From a virus (lineage: Duplodnaviria > Caudoviricetes): DNA of 64,000 bases. Position numbers and translations under genes: made by a program. Shown here one piece after another: positions 22,171 to 31,135 of the stretch. Under the pieces are notes generated by a model. That model was given only the letters and a program-made list of their open reading frames with translations. It made no database searches and was not told the origin of the DNA. The stretch covers positions 1,565 through 65,564 of the IMG/VR virus record IMGVR_UViG_3300050160_000037; one strand, written 5' to 3'. Numbering within the stretch: position 1 is the first letter of the stretch; each line of letters starts with the position of its first letter.

Positions 22171-22560
22171 TCAGCGGAGCCGTTCGATGACGGCTTCCAC
22201 TCTGGGTTGGCCCTTTTCATATCCACCGAAACCGTAGGCCACCATTGAGAGATGGTTGGGGTTATCGTCTGGAATGATCTCCTGCTTTGTCAGGACATCG
22301 CAGAAGAATTTATCGACGATGGAGCAGACGTTAGCCACATCAGGTATCTGTCTGGTTCCAGTGAACAAGTAGTAGCTGATGCGGATCAGATCCATCGGCG
22401 GTAGGTGTGTTACTCGGGGGCTTACAATTTCCGAGAACGCAACCTTCATGTCACTGAGTAAGTGGTACGGAGCATTCCGATAGTTGTTCAGGTTGAGGTA
22501 GAATGGCTTAGGCTTCTTCACCCCATACTGAATTGATGTCGGAAGTATCACAGTCCACAC
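22171..22560 (-). CDS. RusA-like Holliday junction resolvase
   Basis: PDVANVCSIVDKFFCDVL...IIPDDN follows the D-x-x-N...K...D...DD pattern. Probable GTG start at 22560. Confidence 0.7.
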   Translation of the reverse strand: MWTVILPTSIQYGVKKPKPFYLNLNNYRNAPYHLLSDMKVAFSEIVSPRVTHLPPMDLIRISYYLFTGTRQIPDVANVCSIVDKFFCDVLTKQEIIPDDNPNHLSMVAYGFGGYEKGQPRVEAVIERLR

Positions 22561-22640
22561 AGAGAGGCCCCTCACTCAGAGAATGAGGGGCCACTCCTAC
22601 TCCAACTTACCCTGATGGGCAAGTAAGTATTCGGTTGGTA

Positions 22641-23408
22641 TTAGCCGCCGAACAGGCTCTTGCGAGCTGGGGCTGCCCCACCACCGGAAGCCGGGGGAGC
22701 ACCGGCAGCACGGCCCGGACGACCGGACTGGCCAGCTTCACCATCCTTGATGGTCCGCTTGTCCTGCACCTTGCCCTTGTGGGCTTCGAGCCACGAGTCG
22801 TGGAACACAGCTTCGGCAGCCCCTGAGGTAGCTTCCTTGACGGTCATCTTCGTGGGGAAGTGCATGACCTTCTCAGTCGTGTTGACGTCACGGGTATCAG
22901 CGTTGGGGACATAGCTGCCGTTCACGAGCGAGGACTTGTTTTCCAAACGCTTGTAGATGGCGAGATAGACCTTCTTGCCGAGCAGCTCGACGAGGACCGG
23001 CACCGACTTGGGCAGCTCTGCCTTGGCATCGGCATCCCAAATCTTGACCGTCTTTTCTTCGTCGGTCTGCTGGCTCAGTTCCTTGTCGGTGGTGACGAGG
23101 CAGATGTCGTTGACAGCATCGAAGCCGGGCAGAGCACGCTTCTTGCCGGTTTCCTTGCCGTCCTTGTCCTTGGCCATGTAGTAATTGTTGCCAGCCTTCG
23201 AGGTGACGTAGAACGTCTCCCGATACTCCTTGCCGTCATTGTCGGCGAAGACGAAGGCCACGAACCGGGCACCGCCGTCGGACTTGCCAGCATAGGCAAC
23301 CTTGACTGCCAGTTCGTAAATGTCGGTTTCCCGGCTGTACGAACCACCGCCGACGCGATCTTCCTTTTCTTCAAGACCTTCGGTCCCGAGATTTCCAAAC
23401 AAGCCCAT
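22641..23408 (-). CDS. Single-stranded DNA-binding protein (N4 gp45-like)
   Basis: MGLFGNLGTEGLEEKEDRVGGG...YRETFYVTS, located after the gp44-like ATPase as in N4. Confidence 0.85.
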   Translation of the reverse strand: MGLFGNLGTEGLEEKEDRVGGGSYSRETDIYELAVKVAYAGKSDGGARFVAFVFADNDGKEYRETFYVTSKAGNNYYMAKDKDGKETGKKRALPGFDAVNDICLVTTDKELSQQTDEEKTVKIWDADAKAELPKSVPVLVELLGKKVYLAIYKRLENKSSLVNGSYVPNADTRDVNTTEKVMHFPTKMTVKEATSGAAEAVFHDSWLEAHKGKVQDKRTIKDGEAGQSGRPGRAAGAPPASGGGAAPARKSLFGG

Positions 23409-23452
23409 GTGATATGTCTTTCTTCTGTTTCTCTACGGTTTTTCTGATTGGC

Positions 23453-24193
23453 TCAGGTGTCGTAGAACTTGTGGAGATGGTCCAGCAAAAGCTGGGCATC
23501 GTTATCCATATAGGCCTGATCCTTGGTGAACATGCCCATGGGAGAACGAATGCGGGTTCCAACCGTGGCTCCGGTCAGACGGGTCTGGAACACGTACTTG
23601 AACCCGAGTTCCTGCTCATCCTCAGAAATGGTGAACAGGCTCGGATCGTACTTGGTCAGATCCTTCAGGAGAACCTTGGTCGCTTCGACGACGGTGGAGA
23701 AATAGGCTTCCACACCGTTGTTCTTCAGTGCCCCCTTGATGGGGACACTTTTCTTGAAGCTCAGCGATGCCTCGTCGTAGGTTTCGAGGACGTGAGCGAT
23801 GATGATCACCGGCTTGCCGAACTGCACCAGTTTCTGCTGCATGAGCACCTTCCAGAACTGGGCATAATTTGCCCACCCCTTCATAGTGTCGTGCTGGCCG
23901 ATCACGTACATGGTTTCGAACATGTCCATCATGAAGGTGGACGAGTCGATGATCAGGCCATCGACGTGCTCGATATTCTGGATAGCATCATCGACGTGAT
24001 CATGGATCTGGTAGGGATCCGAGACCCGGACGGTGATGAAATCATTCTTGAACGGCAGGCGTTTGCCAGCTTCGGTATTCAAATAGAGCCAGCGTTTCTG
24101 GTTCCGGATGTTGCGGAGCGATGCTGATTTACCAGCACCGGACACGCCACCGATCAGGATCATCTGATCGTTGAACTCTGGGTTGTCGCTCAT
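23453..24193 (-). CDS. AAA ATPase (N4 gp44-like, Sak4-type)
   Basis: Walker A GGVSGAGKS and Walker B-like LIIDS. Start taken at MSDNPEF. Confidence 0.85.
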   Translation of the reverse strand: MSDNPEFNDQMILIGGVSGAGKSASLRNIRNQKRWLYLNTEAGKRLPFKNDFITVRVSDPYQIHDHVDDAIQNIEHVDGLIIDSSTFMMDMFETMYVIGQHDTMKGWANYAQFWKVLMQQKLVQFGKPVIIIAHVLETYDEASLSFKKSVPIKGALKNNGVEAYFSTVVEATKVLLKDLTKYDPSLFTISEDEQELGFKYVFQTRLTGATVGTRIRSPMGMFTKDQAYMDNDAQLLLDHLHKFYDT

Positions 24194-24268
24194 GGTGTTC
24201 CCTTTGCTTGGTTCCAGCGATAGCTCGGGCAGGTCTGAACCAAGAAACAACCTGCCCGAGCCTGACGG

Positions 24269-26530
24269 TCAGCTCTTCTTTTCGAACCGCTTATTGACCG
24301 TCACCATGATAGTGGTGTCGATCTCGTCTTCCGTCAGCGGGTTGTTGAGCTTCTTGTTAAACTCATGAACCTGCTTCTGGACCGAGATGAGATCCATGCC
24401 GCCGTCCATGAGAGCGAGGGCATATTTGATCATCTGGTTGTTGCGGTTGCCCATAGCGATGCGTTGGGCAAACCAGCGTTCGAGATTGTCGAGGTTTTCG
24501 AGCTGCTGCATACCCTTCTTGTAGGCCTCATTCTTCGAGGTCTTGGGGATGAAGCTGAGGGCGTCGAGGATCTCACCCTCCAAGTTGTAGTGGTATTCGC
24601 CGTCGAAGCTCTCCCACTTCTTGGCTCGTTGGTTGGCCGACTCGTCAGTCTTAAAAGGGAGCCATGCCATGAACGAGTTCATGAACTCCTTGTATTCGTC
24701 GCTGTCGAGCTGGAGGTTGTAATTAATCGGGATCATGAGCCGGAAGCGATCCGGTCCCACGATGTCCTCACCACGTTCGTCGATGCCCTCGAACATCTGG
24801 TGACGCTTAGTGGTGTAGGTCATGAACTTGATCTCCTTGAGGAGATCATGAACGGTTGCCAATGGGCAGGCACCGTCCACGTCGATGACGATCATGTTGA
24901 ACCCGGCGATGACGTTTTCTTCAGCACGGTGCCCGTTGCGGAACTGGTGGTTGCACCAGTGGTATCCATTGGCCTGTGTCATCAGATGGAGCTGATCGAA
25001 AGGAACCAACTCGGCCCCATAGTTGTAGGCCCAGTGATCCGAATACGAGACGGTCATCTCGTTCAGATTGGTCTCCTTGAGCTTCTCGCCCTTGAAGAAC
25101 TCGATGCCATCCACGAAGGTCTTCTTGATGATGATATGCCGTTTGTAGCCCCACGCCGTGGCGAGGGTCATCATCTCGTTCCGAGCTGCGTTGCCCTGCT
25201 TGTAAAACGGCAGGGCTTCATGGAGATCCGCATGGGTCTGTTCCTCACCGATGTCGCCGAGGAACTTGGCCAGCTTCACGTAGGTCTTTTCACGGTTCAG
25301 GATGGACTGGAAAGCCGCACCCGACTCTTCGACCAACAGGATGGCCGACATGAGATGCCCCATCTCGACCTCGTTGCTCTCGTCTACGAAGGCATAGGCC
25401 CCAGCGAGCTTGAGAGCCTTGAAGTATCGGTGGCTCAGCTCAGCCTTCTTGATCTCTTCGTGCTCAGCCATGCCGTCGGCAGCCCGCTCACAAGCGATCC
25501 GGTAAGTGAGAAGCTGAATGGCCACGTCGTCGGCCAGCTTCATTTTCCAACCGTACATCGCTGGATCAGCGAGACGGTGGAATTGGGCAGCCCACTTATT
25601 TGATACTTCGTTGTTGGCTGGTTCCACGAGCCGCCGATAGATTTCGGCAGGGTCCATGGAATTGAACGCTTTGCGATCCTGCTGCCCCCAACCGAATATG
25701 CAACGGCGTGCATAGCCGGTGTCGAGGAACGAGTAGAACTGCTCCTCAGTCTGGCCACCATCCAGCAGCTTGGCAGGTGTGCCGAACAGCAGCATATTGG
25801 TTGGGGTCTTGCCGTCCAGCTCCTCACCACGCTGGTTGTCAGCGGTGTTCTTGATGAGCTTCTGCTTGACAATGCCCTGATCGTAGAGTTCCAAAAACAA
25901 AGTCAGTACGTCCGTGGAACCAATCAGGTTTGAACCGATTTCATCAATCTGTAGATTGATTGATCCGCAGGCAGACATGAGCAGCTTATGGCGAAGCTGC
26001 TTGACAGCAGGGGGAGTTCCTGAGTCGAAGGTGAAGGGATAGGCACCGGCAGACTTGAACTCTTTTTCGGCTCGTTCGAACTCCTCCTGCGGGTCAGTGC
26101 CATTCCGGGCTGCACGCCCATTGGCGATGGTCCAAAGGTTCTGCTCAGCAATCACGGGGAACGTATCCTCCATGAAGCGTTTTTTGAACGGCTTCATGAG
26201 TTCGGTTTCCATGATGTTCACGGAGTGGCCCTTACCGAAGCCAGAGGTGGCCAGAGCCAGAGCATAGATGTTCACCGGGATCTCGCCACGATCCTTGGTG
26301 ATGATGGAAGCTCGTTGGCTGGCTGCCATCTTGCCAAGGAAGAAACCAACCTCGACTTGGAAAAAGCCGGTGTCGGTATTCTGGGTTTTGTTGCAGAGCA
26401 GCTCGACGATCTCAGCGATAGCTGGGTGATGTTCCACACCCGTCAGATCGATCATGTCAGTCATTGAAATAACGCTTTCTCTGTTCGCAGATCGGCGCAG
26501 CTTGGCAGTAGCCACAGCGTTTGACCTCAC
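24269..26530 (-). CDS. DNA primase (N4 gp43-like); true start probably slightly internal
   Basis: IVIDVDG AEP-like motif and a C-terminal GNRNNQMIKYA PriCT-like region, plus synteny. Confidence 0.85.
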   Translation of the reverse strand: MRSNAVATAKLRRSANRESVISMTDMIDLTGVEHHPAIAEIVELLCNKTQNTDTGFFQVEVGFFLGKMAASQRASIITKDRGEIPVNIYALALATSGFGKGHSVNIMETELMKPFKKRFMEDTFPVIAEQNLWTIANGRAARNGTDPQEEFERAEKEFKSAGAYPFTFDSGTPPAVKQLRHKLLMSACGSINLQIDEIGSNLIGSTDVLTLFLELYDQGIVKQKLIKNTADNQRGEELDGKTPTNMLLFGTPAKLLDGGQTEEQFYSFLDTGYARRCIFGWGQQDRKAFNSMDPAEIYRRLVEPANNEVSNKWAAQFHRLADPAMYGWKMKLADDVAIQLLTYRIACERAADGMAEHEEIKKAELSHRYFKALKLAGAYAFVDESNEVEMGHLMSAILLVEESGAAFQSILNREKTYVKLAKFLGDIGEEQTHADLHEALPFYKQGNAARNEMMTLATAWGYKRHIIIKKTFVDGIEFFKGEKLKETNLNEMTVSYSDHWAYNYGAELVPFDQLHLMTQANGYHWCNHQFRNGHRAEENVIAGFNMIVIDVDGACPLATVHDLLKEIKFMTYTTKRHQMFEGIDERGEDIVGPDRFRLMIPINYNLQLDSDEYKEFMNSFMAWLPFKTDESANQRAKKWESFDGEYHYNLEGEILDALSFIPKTSKNEAYKKGMQQLENLDNLERWFAQRIAMGNRNNQMIKYALALMDGGMDLISVQKQVHEFNKKLNNPLTEDEIDTTIMVTVNKRFEKKS

Positions 26531-27455
26531 CGGGTTTGGTTACGACAACGCCCTTGCCCTTCTCGGCCTTGTGGGCATTGGCTTCGGCCAGCGTGTCGAA
26601 GTTTTTAGACGATCTGGCGTTGGGATCTTTGGCTTTCTCGGGATCGGCGTAATACTTGAAGGTCGGCTCTGAACGCCACAGGTCTTCGTCTGTGCATTCA
26701 GGCATTTCGTTCTCGGGAAGGTCCATGGTCTTCCGAATGTCGTAGAGCTTGGCCTTCACAAACAGCCCAGTGTCCTCAAGCGAGAGCAGCTTGATGTCCT
26801 TGTGCTCGACACGCTTCTGTGGGTACTTGGGGTTCTGCCGAGCGGCTGCCTTCTGCCAGTCGGTGAAGATGTAGTTCACCCGGATGTAATCCTCGGTGAT
26901 CCGAGGCATCGGCAGAGCAGCATCGATCCAGCGGTACAGGGAGCCTTGGAGGCGGTTTTCATCGTCTCTGGTTCCATACAGCCAGCCGAAGGCTGAGGTG
27001 CTCTTGTTGTCCTCGACGTGGCCCTCAGCGACGAGATCGAACTTGCCACCGATAGTGACGCCGTTCATCTCACGGTAGGCTCTCTGTTCGAGGAAGATAG
27101 GGATCATATCAGGCATGGCCTGACGTTCCTCGTCGGTTGGATTAATCCGAACCAGATTGATGACGCCCTCAGGGATACCGAGCTTTTCGAGGTTGGCTCG
27201 ATAGCTCTGGACCCAAGCACGCTCGATGCTGTGGTGGATAGAATGGCCGAGACCACGGGAAATGTAGTCTTCGACGTCTTCGATCTGAAGCTCGTAAGGA
27301 ACTCGACGGGCCAAGACGATTTGTTTGGTGGGACGCATCAGTGTGGTCACGCTGATGTATTCTTCGAACTGCTTGCCGGAGGCATAGTCGTAGTCGTCAT
27401 TGATGAGCCAAACGGCCAGCGACAGCGAGATGCCAGAATTGTTCGTGATCCTCAT
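26457..27455 (-). CDS. PD-(D/E)XK nuclease-like protein (N4 gp42-like)
   Basis: MRITNNSGISLSLAVWL, IGGKFDLV...EDNKST, and C-terminal RCGYCQAAPICEQ. Confidence 0.8.
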   Translation of the reverse strand: MRITNNSGISLSLAVWLINDDYDYASGKQFEEYISVTTLMRPTKQIVLARRVPYELQIEDVEDYISRGLGHSIHHSIERAWVQSYRANLEKLGIPEGVINLVRINPTDEERQAMPDMIPIFLEQRAYREMNGVTIGGKFDLVAEGHVEDNKSTSAFGWLYGTRDDENRLQGSLYRWIDAALPMPRITEDYIRVNYIFTDWQKAAARQNPKYPQKRVEHKDIKLLSLEDTGLFVKAKLYDIRKTMDLPENEMPECTDEDLWRSEPTFKYYADPEKAKDPNARSSKNFDTLAEANAHKAEKGKGVVVTKPGEVKRCGYCQAAPICEQRKRYFND

Positions 27456-27526
27456 GATGTTTCTCCAAGTTAATGTGGTAGGTAGGCGACAGCCCCCGAA
27501 GAAACTGCCGCCCGACCGATAAGCTA

Positions 27527-27703
27527 TCAGGTCTTGGATGCGATCATGGTGAGACCGACTGCATCACGCAGGCGGTTTTCAGCCCTGACCATCTCGTCTC
27601 TGAGATGCCCGTAGGATGTGGTGTCCTTCAGTCTATCCTTGTTACGGAAATAGATGAAGAGATCAGCTTTGAGCGTTTCCAGCTCAGCCTGAGGGGTCTG
27701 CAT
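27527..27703 (-). CDS. Hypothetical protein, 58 aa (not in ORF track)
   Basis: Manual translation MQTPQAELETLKADLFIYFRNKDRLKDTTSYGHLRDEMVRAENRLRDAVGLTMIASKT* fills the gap. Confidence 0.55.
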   Translation of the reverse strand: MQTPQAELETLKADLFIYFRNKDRLKDTTSYGHLRDEMVRAENRLRDAVGLTMIASKT

Positions 27704-27989
27704 TGGGGGTCATCCTTTTCAGACGATGAAGGATCCGCCCAGCATAATGAACAATCTTCTCAGCACCGTAGACAGCCGAATGACCCGGCTTTCCATTGTG
27801 CTTTCGGGCATTGGCTGAACGCCAGATTTCCTTGAAGATGTTGGCTTCGTCAGGATTGAGTTCGAGGGCTTCGATGATGTCTTCGCACTCGGCCTGATAT
27901 GCCGGTTGGTCTTCTCGTTGTGGGTGGTCCACTCGGACGAGGTAATAATTCACCCGTCCACCGGTCACCTTGGTTTCAGCAACCAGCAC
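27684..27989 (-). CDS. DUF3310/SaV-like small phage protein
   Basis: NYYLVRVDHP...ECEDIIEALEL...EANIFKEIWR...AEKIVHYA pattern. Confidence 0.6.
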   Translation of the reverse strand: MLVAETKVTGGRVNYYLVRVDHPQREDQPAYQAECEDIIEALELNPDEANIFKEIWRSANARKHNGKPGHSAVYGAEKIVHYAGRILHRLKRMTPNADPSG

Positions 27990-27992
27990 AGG

Positions 27993-28352
27993 TCAGACCC
28001 GTTCAGGAACGGGAGCTGCTTCCGGTTCGACCGGAGCGTCTTCCTGCTGAAACTCTTCCTCGGTCATTTCACCGAGATACGAGACGTTGGTGATCACGAT
28101 GTCGTGAACACCGAGGGTGGCATGGGCCTCCTCAGGCAGCTTCGTGACGAAGCTCTTGTGCAGGTTCTGCTGGGCTTTGGCCAGCTTGCGAACCGGGAAG
28201 TTCTTGCTGTCGTGCCGGACGAGAGCATTCACAGGGGCAGACCCCATGTTCGGTTCAGCGTCAGGGTTTGCCGGATCAACGTGGGCGAACAAGATCACGC
28301 CAGCGATCAGGAAATAATGAGCCTTATCGGCAGTTTCCATGATGGTCTCCAT
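27993..28352 (-). CDS. Conserved N4-like hypothetical protein
   Basis: 119-aa ORF with native codon style, co-oriented and tightly packed. Confidence 0.6.
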   Translation of the reverse strand: METIMETADKAHYFLIAGVILFAHVDPANPDAEPNMGSAPVNALVRHDSKNFPVRKLAKAQQNLHKSFVTKLPEEAHATLGVHDIVITNVSYLGEMTEEEFQQEDAPVEPEAAPVPERV

Positions 28353-28402
28353 TTGAGGGTTGGGCAGAATACCCCAGTCGGATTGACTGGTCTAGCCATG
28401 AA

Positions 28403-28434
28403 AAGCCCCATCCATGGTTAGATGGATGGGGCTT
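28403..28434 (-). terminator. Terminator hairpin downstream of tail-fibre-like gene
   Basis: AAGCCCCATCCAT-GGTTAG-ATGGATGGGGCTT, a 13-bp stem. Confidence 0.75.
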
Positions 28435-28443
28435 CTTGGTTCA

Positions 28444-28539
28444 TCAGGCAAGGTCATCGACGAGCCAGATTTCCATGTAGGAGCCTGCCTCGAACATACC
28501 TGATCCAGTCACGTTGAGATCGACACGGTTGATGGCAGC
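28444..28539 (-). pseudogene. Relic C-terminus of a former tail-fibre-like gene
   Basis: Reads AAINRVDLNVTGSGMFEAGSYMEIWLVDDLA*, similar to common tail-fibre C-termini. An in-frame TAA lies at 28555-28557, there is no clear RBS, and it ends just before the terminator. Confidence 0.5.
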
Positions 28540-28894
28540 TTTTCGGGACAAGGTTTAGCAAGTTGGTAAGGAGATTCAGCATGGAACTTTATCCATAAGA
28601 TGTGTGTAGGTATCTAAGTCGGTTACGGTGCCTTACTGCACGCACAGTCTTAGGCTCAGGGGCGCAGCGATTATGCGTAATTCCAATGGAACTCTTTAGT
28701 TTCTGGCTGCTCCCAGACGAGGAAATCTTCGCTAACGTACGCTGGGAACCACGCGACCGGCGCATATGGAACTGCCCGACGACATACCGGCGGATTTGAA
28801 CCGCCAATGGTATGTCGAACGGGCTTACGAAACACTAGATAAGTTTGGTTGGTTTGGCGGTAAAACCGAACAAGTCGCAATGTTCGGTTAAACG

Positions 28895-30760
28895 CTAACC
28901 AACCGCGCGTATTGAAAACCACATTTGGTCGGCTGGAATATTCGGGTTGCCGCCGTCACCGTCTTGATAGCTTAGGGTGAAGTAGTCTCCCGCGTTCACG
29001 GCAACTACCCCGGTTGTCGGGGTTGCGGCGAAATTACCAGCGTTGAAACTTACATTTCTAGCGCCAAGGCCAATAGTCAAGGGTTGTTCAACACCCGACG
29101 AATTATAATGGCGCAACCAAAGAACCGAATACCCGGTTCGGTTAGCTTGCGACCATGCATACCCCGTTACTTCAACGTAATTAACACCGCTAGGAACTGT
29201 CAACCGGCTTGGGTTTGTCACCGTGCTATGCCAACCACCCACGTCGAAATCTTCGGTATCCCAAGACAATAGATTGTCAACGTTTGCGGCCATGCTTGAA
29301 GACGCCGCTGTACTATTTCTAACACGGCAACCCGAGAACGACGCGCTGCCCCCGCCCCCTCCCCCACCAACAGCAATACGGCGCGCGGGCAGCGTGCTGT
29401 CCTCATACCAATCAACAACCCCGGTGAGTTCGCTCGTGCTCTCATTGTCGTTGAAGATACCGATTTGATCGACTGCACCAATGAAGGTGGCAATCGTCTC
29501 GGTCCACACCTGCGTCCAGTCGGAGCCGTTGCCAGACACGTAGAACGTGATGTTGGTGCCATCCCCCACGATGCGGAACCAGTTCGGGAGCATGTGCAGC
29601 CCCACGCCCGTTCCGTAAGAATAGACGTTGGCAGAATAGGTGGTGGAACTGGTCCAGCGATCCACTTCCACTACCTGCGACGATCCAAGCGACACGTTGC
29701 CGATTGAAACGACCCTGCCGTTGGCCGAATTGCGCACGCAGAACCCGCACTGCCACGGGTTTTGGTATTTGCCTACCTGTCGCATCCGCCCGATCATGGC
29801 GAAGGTGCTGGTCGTGGGCCGGAGCGCCATCGCCAAGTGAACACCTGCGGAGGAGGCACCAACCTTGAAGCCCATGCCGGACTTGGTATCGGAAATGGCG
29901 AGGGTGATCCCCACCGCCACTTCGGTGATGGGGAAGTCGCTGGCAAGCGGGGGGGCATAGTTAGGCAGGTCCACTGTAGCGCCACCACTACCACCACCAC
30001 CGGTTCCGGTGGGTGCAGTGATCCATTCGACATCCGACTCGTCAGCTTTGACGGCAAGGATCTTGAGAGCTTTGCCTACCAGACTGGGAAGGCTGGAGCC
30101 TCCACCAGATCCCGGAGGACCAGTGATCTCGGTAAGAGCCACGAGGTTGATCCACGAGGCATCACCAACATATCGCCATTGGATATGCGTGCTGCTTTTC
30201 TGGAGCTGAACTTCTCGGCCATTACTGCCGTCGGCACCATCAGATCCGGGAGGACCGGGAGGCCCTGCAAGGGATGCTACAGACACGAGATCGGTCCAGA
30301 TACCCGATCCTACGTAGGACCACTGAACCATCCCTGAGGAGAGCCTGAGGGCAACCTCACGGCCATCTGTACCATCGGTCCCATCGGAGCCTCGGGGACC
30401 AGTGATGTCATCCAGATCGACGAGATCGATCCAGAGAGCATCACCAGTCAAACGCCATTGAATGTTGGTGCCGTTGTTCCGGAACTGGGCAGACTTGCCG
30501 TTTGTACCGGCAGGGCCTGCCAGCTCAGCAATGCTGACGAGGTTCCGCCATTGAGCATCACCAGTGTAACGCCATTGGATGAGGGTTCCAGACTCGTTTC
30601 GGCGAAGTTCGACCTCACGGCCATCTTTGCCGGTGCCTGTGCCAGCTTCGCTGGTTGGAACCAAAGGCGATCCGAATAGGCCCACTTCCATTTCAGACAG
30701 GCCGATGGCGTCGAGATCGATTTCGGTCAGAGCAAATTGCAGCTCGTGTGGCTCAGCCAT
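28895..30760 (-). CDS. Tail fibre/receptor-binding-like protein (4 GREV..QWRY repeats, lectin-like domain, C1q-like domain)
   Basis: Four roughly 45-aa repeats with GPxG joints, Gly linkers, a beta-rich middle domain, and a C-terminal SFSGCRV...LLSWDTEDFDVGGWH...RLTVPSG C1q-type motif. Confidence 0.7.
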   Translation of the reverse strand: MAEPHELQFALTEIDLDAIGLSEMEVGLFGSPLVPTSEAGTGTGKDGREVELRRNESGTLIQWRYTGDAQWRNLVSIAELAGPAGTNGKSAQFRNNGTNIQWRLTGDALWIDLVDLDDITGPRGSDGTDGTDGREVALRLSSGMVQWSYVGSGIWTDLVSVASLAGPPGPPGSDGADGSNGREVQLQKSSTHIQWRYVGDASWINLVALTEITGPPGSGGGSSLPSLVGKALKILAVKADESDVEWITAPTGTGGGGSGGATVDLPNYAPPLASDFPITEVAVGITLAISDTKSGMGFKVGASSAGVHLAMALRPTTSTFAMIGRMRQVGKYQNPWQCGFCVRNSANGRVVSIGNVSLGSSQVVEVDRWTSSTTYSANVYSYGTGVGLHMLPNWFRIVGDGTNITFYVSGNGSDWTQVWTETIATFIGAVDQIGIFNDNESTSELTGVVDWYEDSTLPARRIAVGGGGGGGSASFSGCRVRNSTAASSSMAANVDNLLSWDTEDFDVGGWHSTVTNPSRLTVPSGVNYVEVTGYAWSQANRTGYSVLWLRHYNSSGVEQPLTIGLGARNVSFNAGNFAATPTTGVVAVNAGDYFTLSYQDGDGGNPNIPADQMWFSIRAVG

Positions 30761-31124
30761 TATGAGTCACTCCCCGTTGGATGGTGACCGGCACAGTGTT
30801 GGACCGGATGCGTTGTCCCTTAGGGGACGTGAATAATACGTCGAACTCGGCGTCACAGATCGGCCACTTGTCGGTGGAGTTGTGCTCGATGATGAGCTTG
30901 CGGGTAGCATTGGGATCTTCCCAGCGGCAGATCAGATCGGCGATCAGTCCGTCGGGCAGATCATTATCCTTTTTTCGGATCTGGGCTTTGGTGGTCCAGC
31001 CGTAGAAGGCACCGTTTTCGATGCTGCTTGGAATGTTGAGCGAGATCGAAAACGATGAGCCACGCTTGAACTTGATAGGGGAGACTGCCATGCTGAGTGT
31101 CCTTTCGGACTGACGGCATAACAA
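30753..31124 (-). CDS. BppU-like/baseplate adaptor-type small protein
   Basis: IKFKRGSSFSISLNIP...WTTKAQIR...AEFDVLFT...IRSNTVPVTIQRGVT is typical of proteins preceding tail fibres. Confidence 0.55.
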   Translation of the reverse strand: MLCRQSERTLSMAVSPIKFKRGSSFSISLNIPSSIENGAFYGWTTKAQIRKKDNDLPDGLIADLICRWEDPNATRKLIIEHNSTDKWPICDAEFDVLFTSPKGQRIRSNTVPVTIQRGVTHNG

Positions 31125-31135
31125 TCTCCCCCTAG

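Noticed and set aside
28589-28922. Short ORFs in the foreign-looking spacer after the fibre gene (28671-28922, 28589-28807, 28602-28799)
   Set aside because: They overlap each other on both strands with no RBS or recognisable motif, so none can be favoured.
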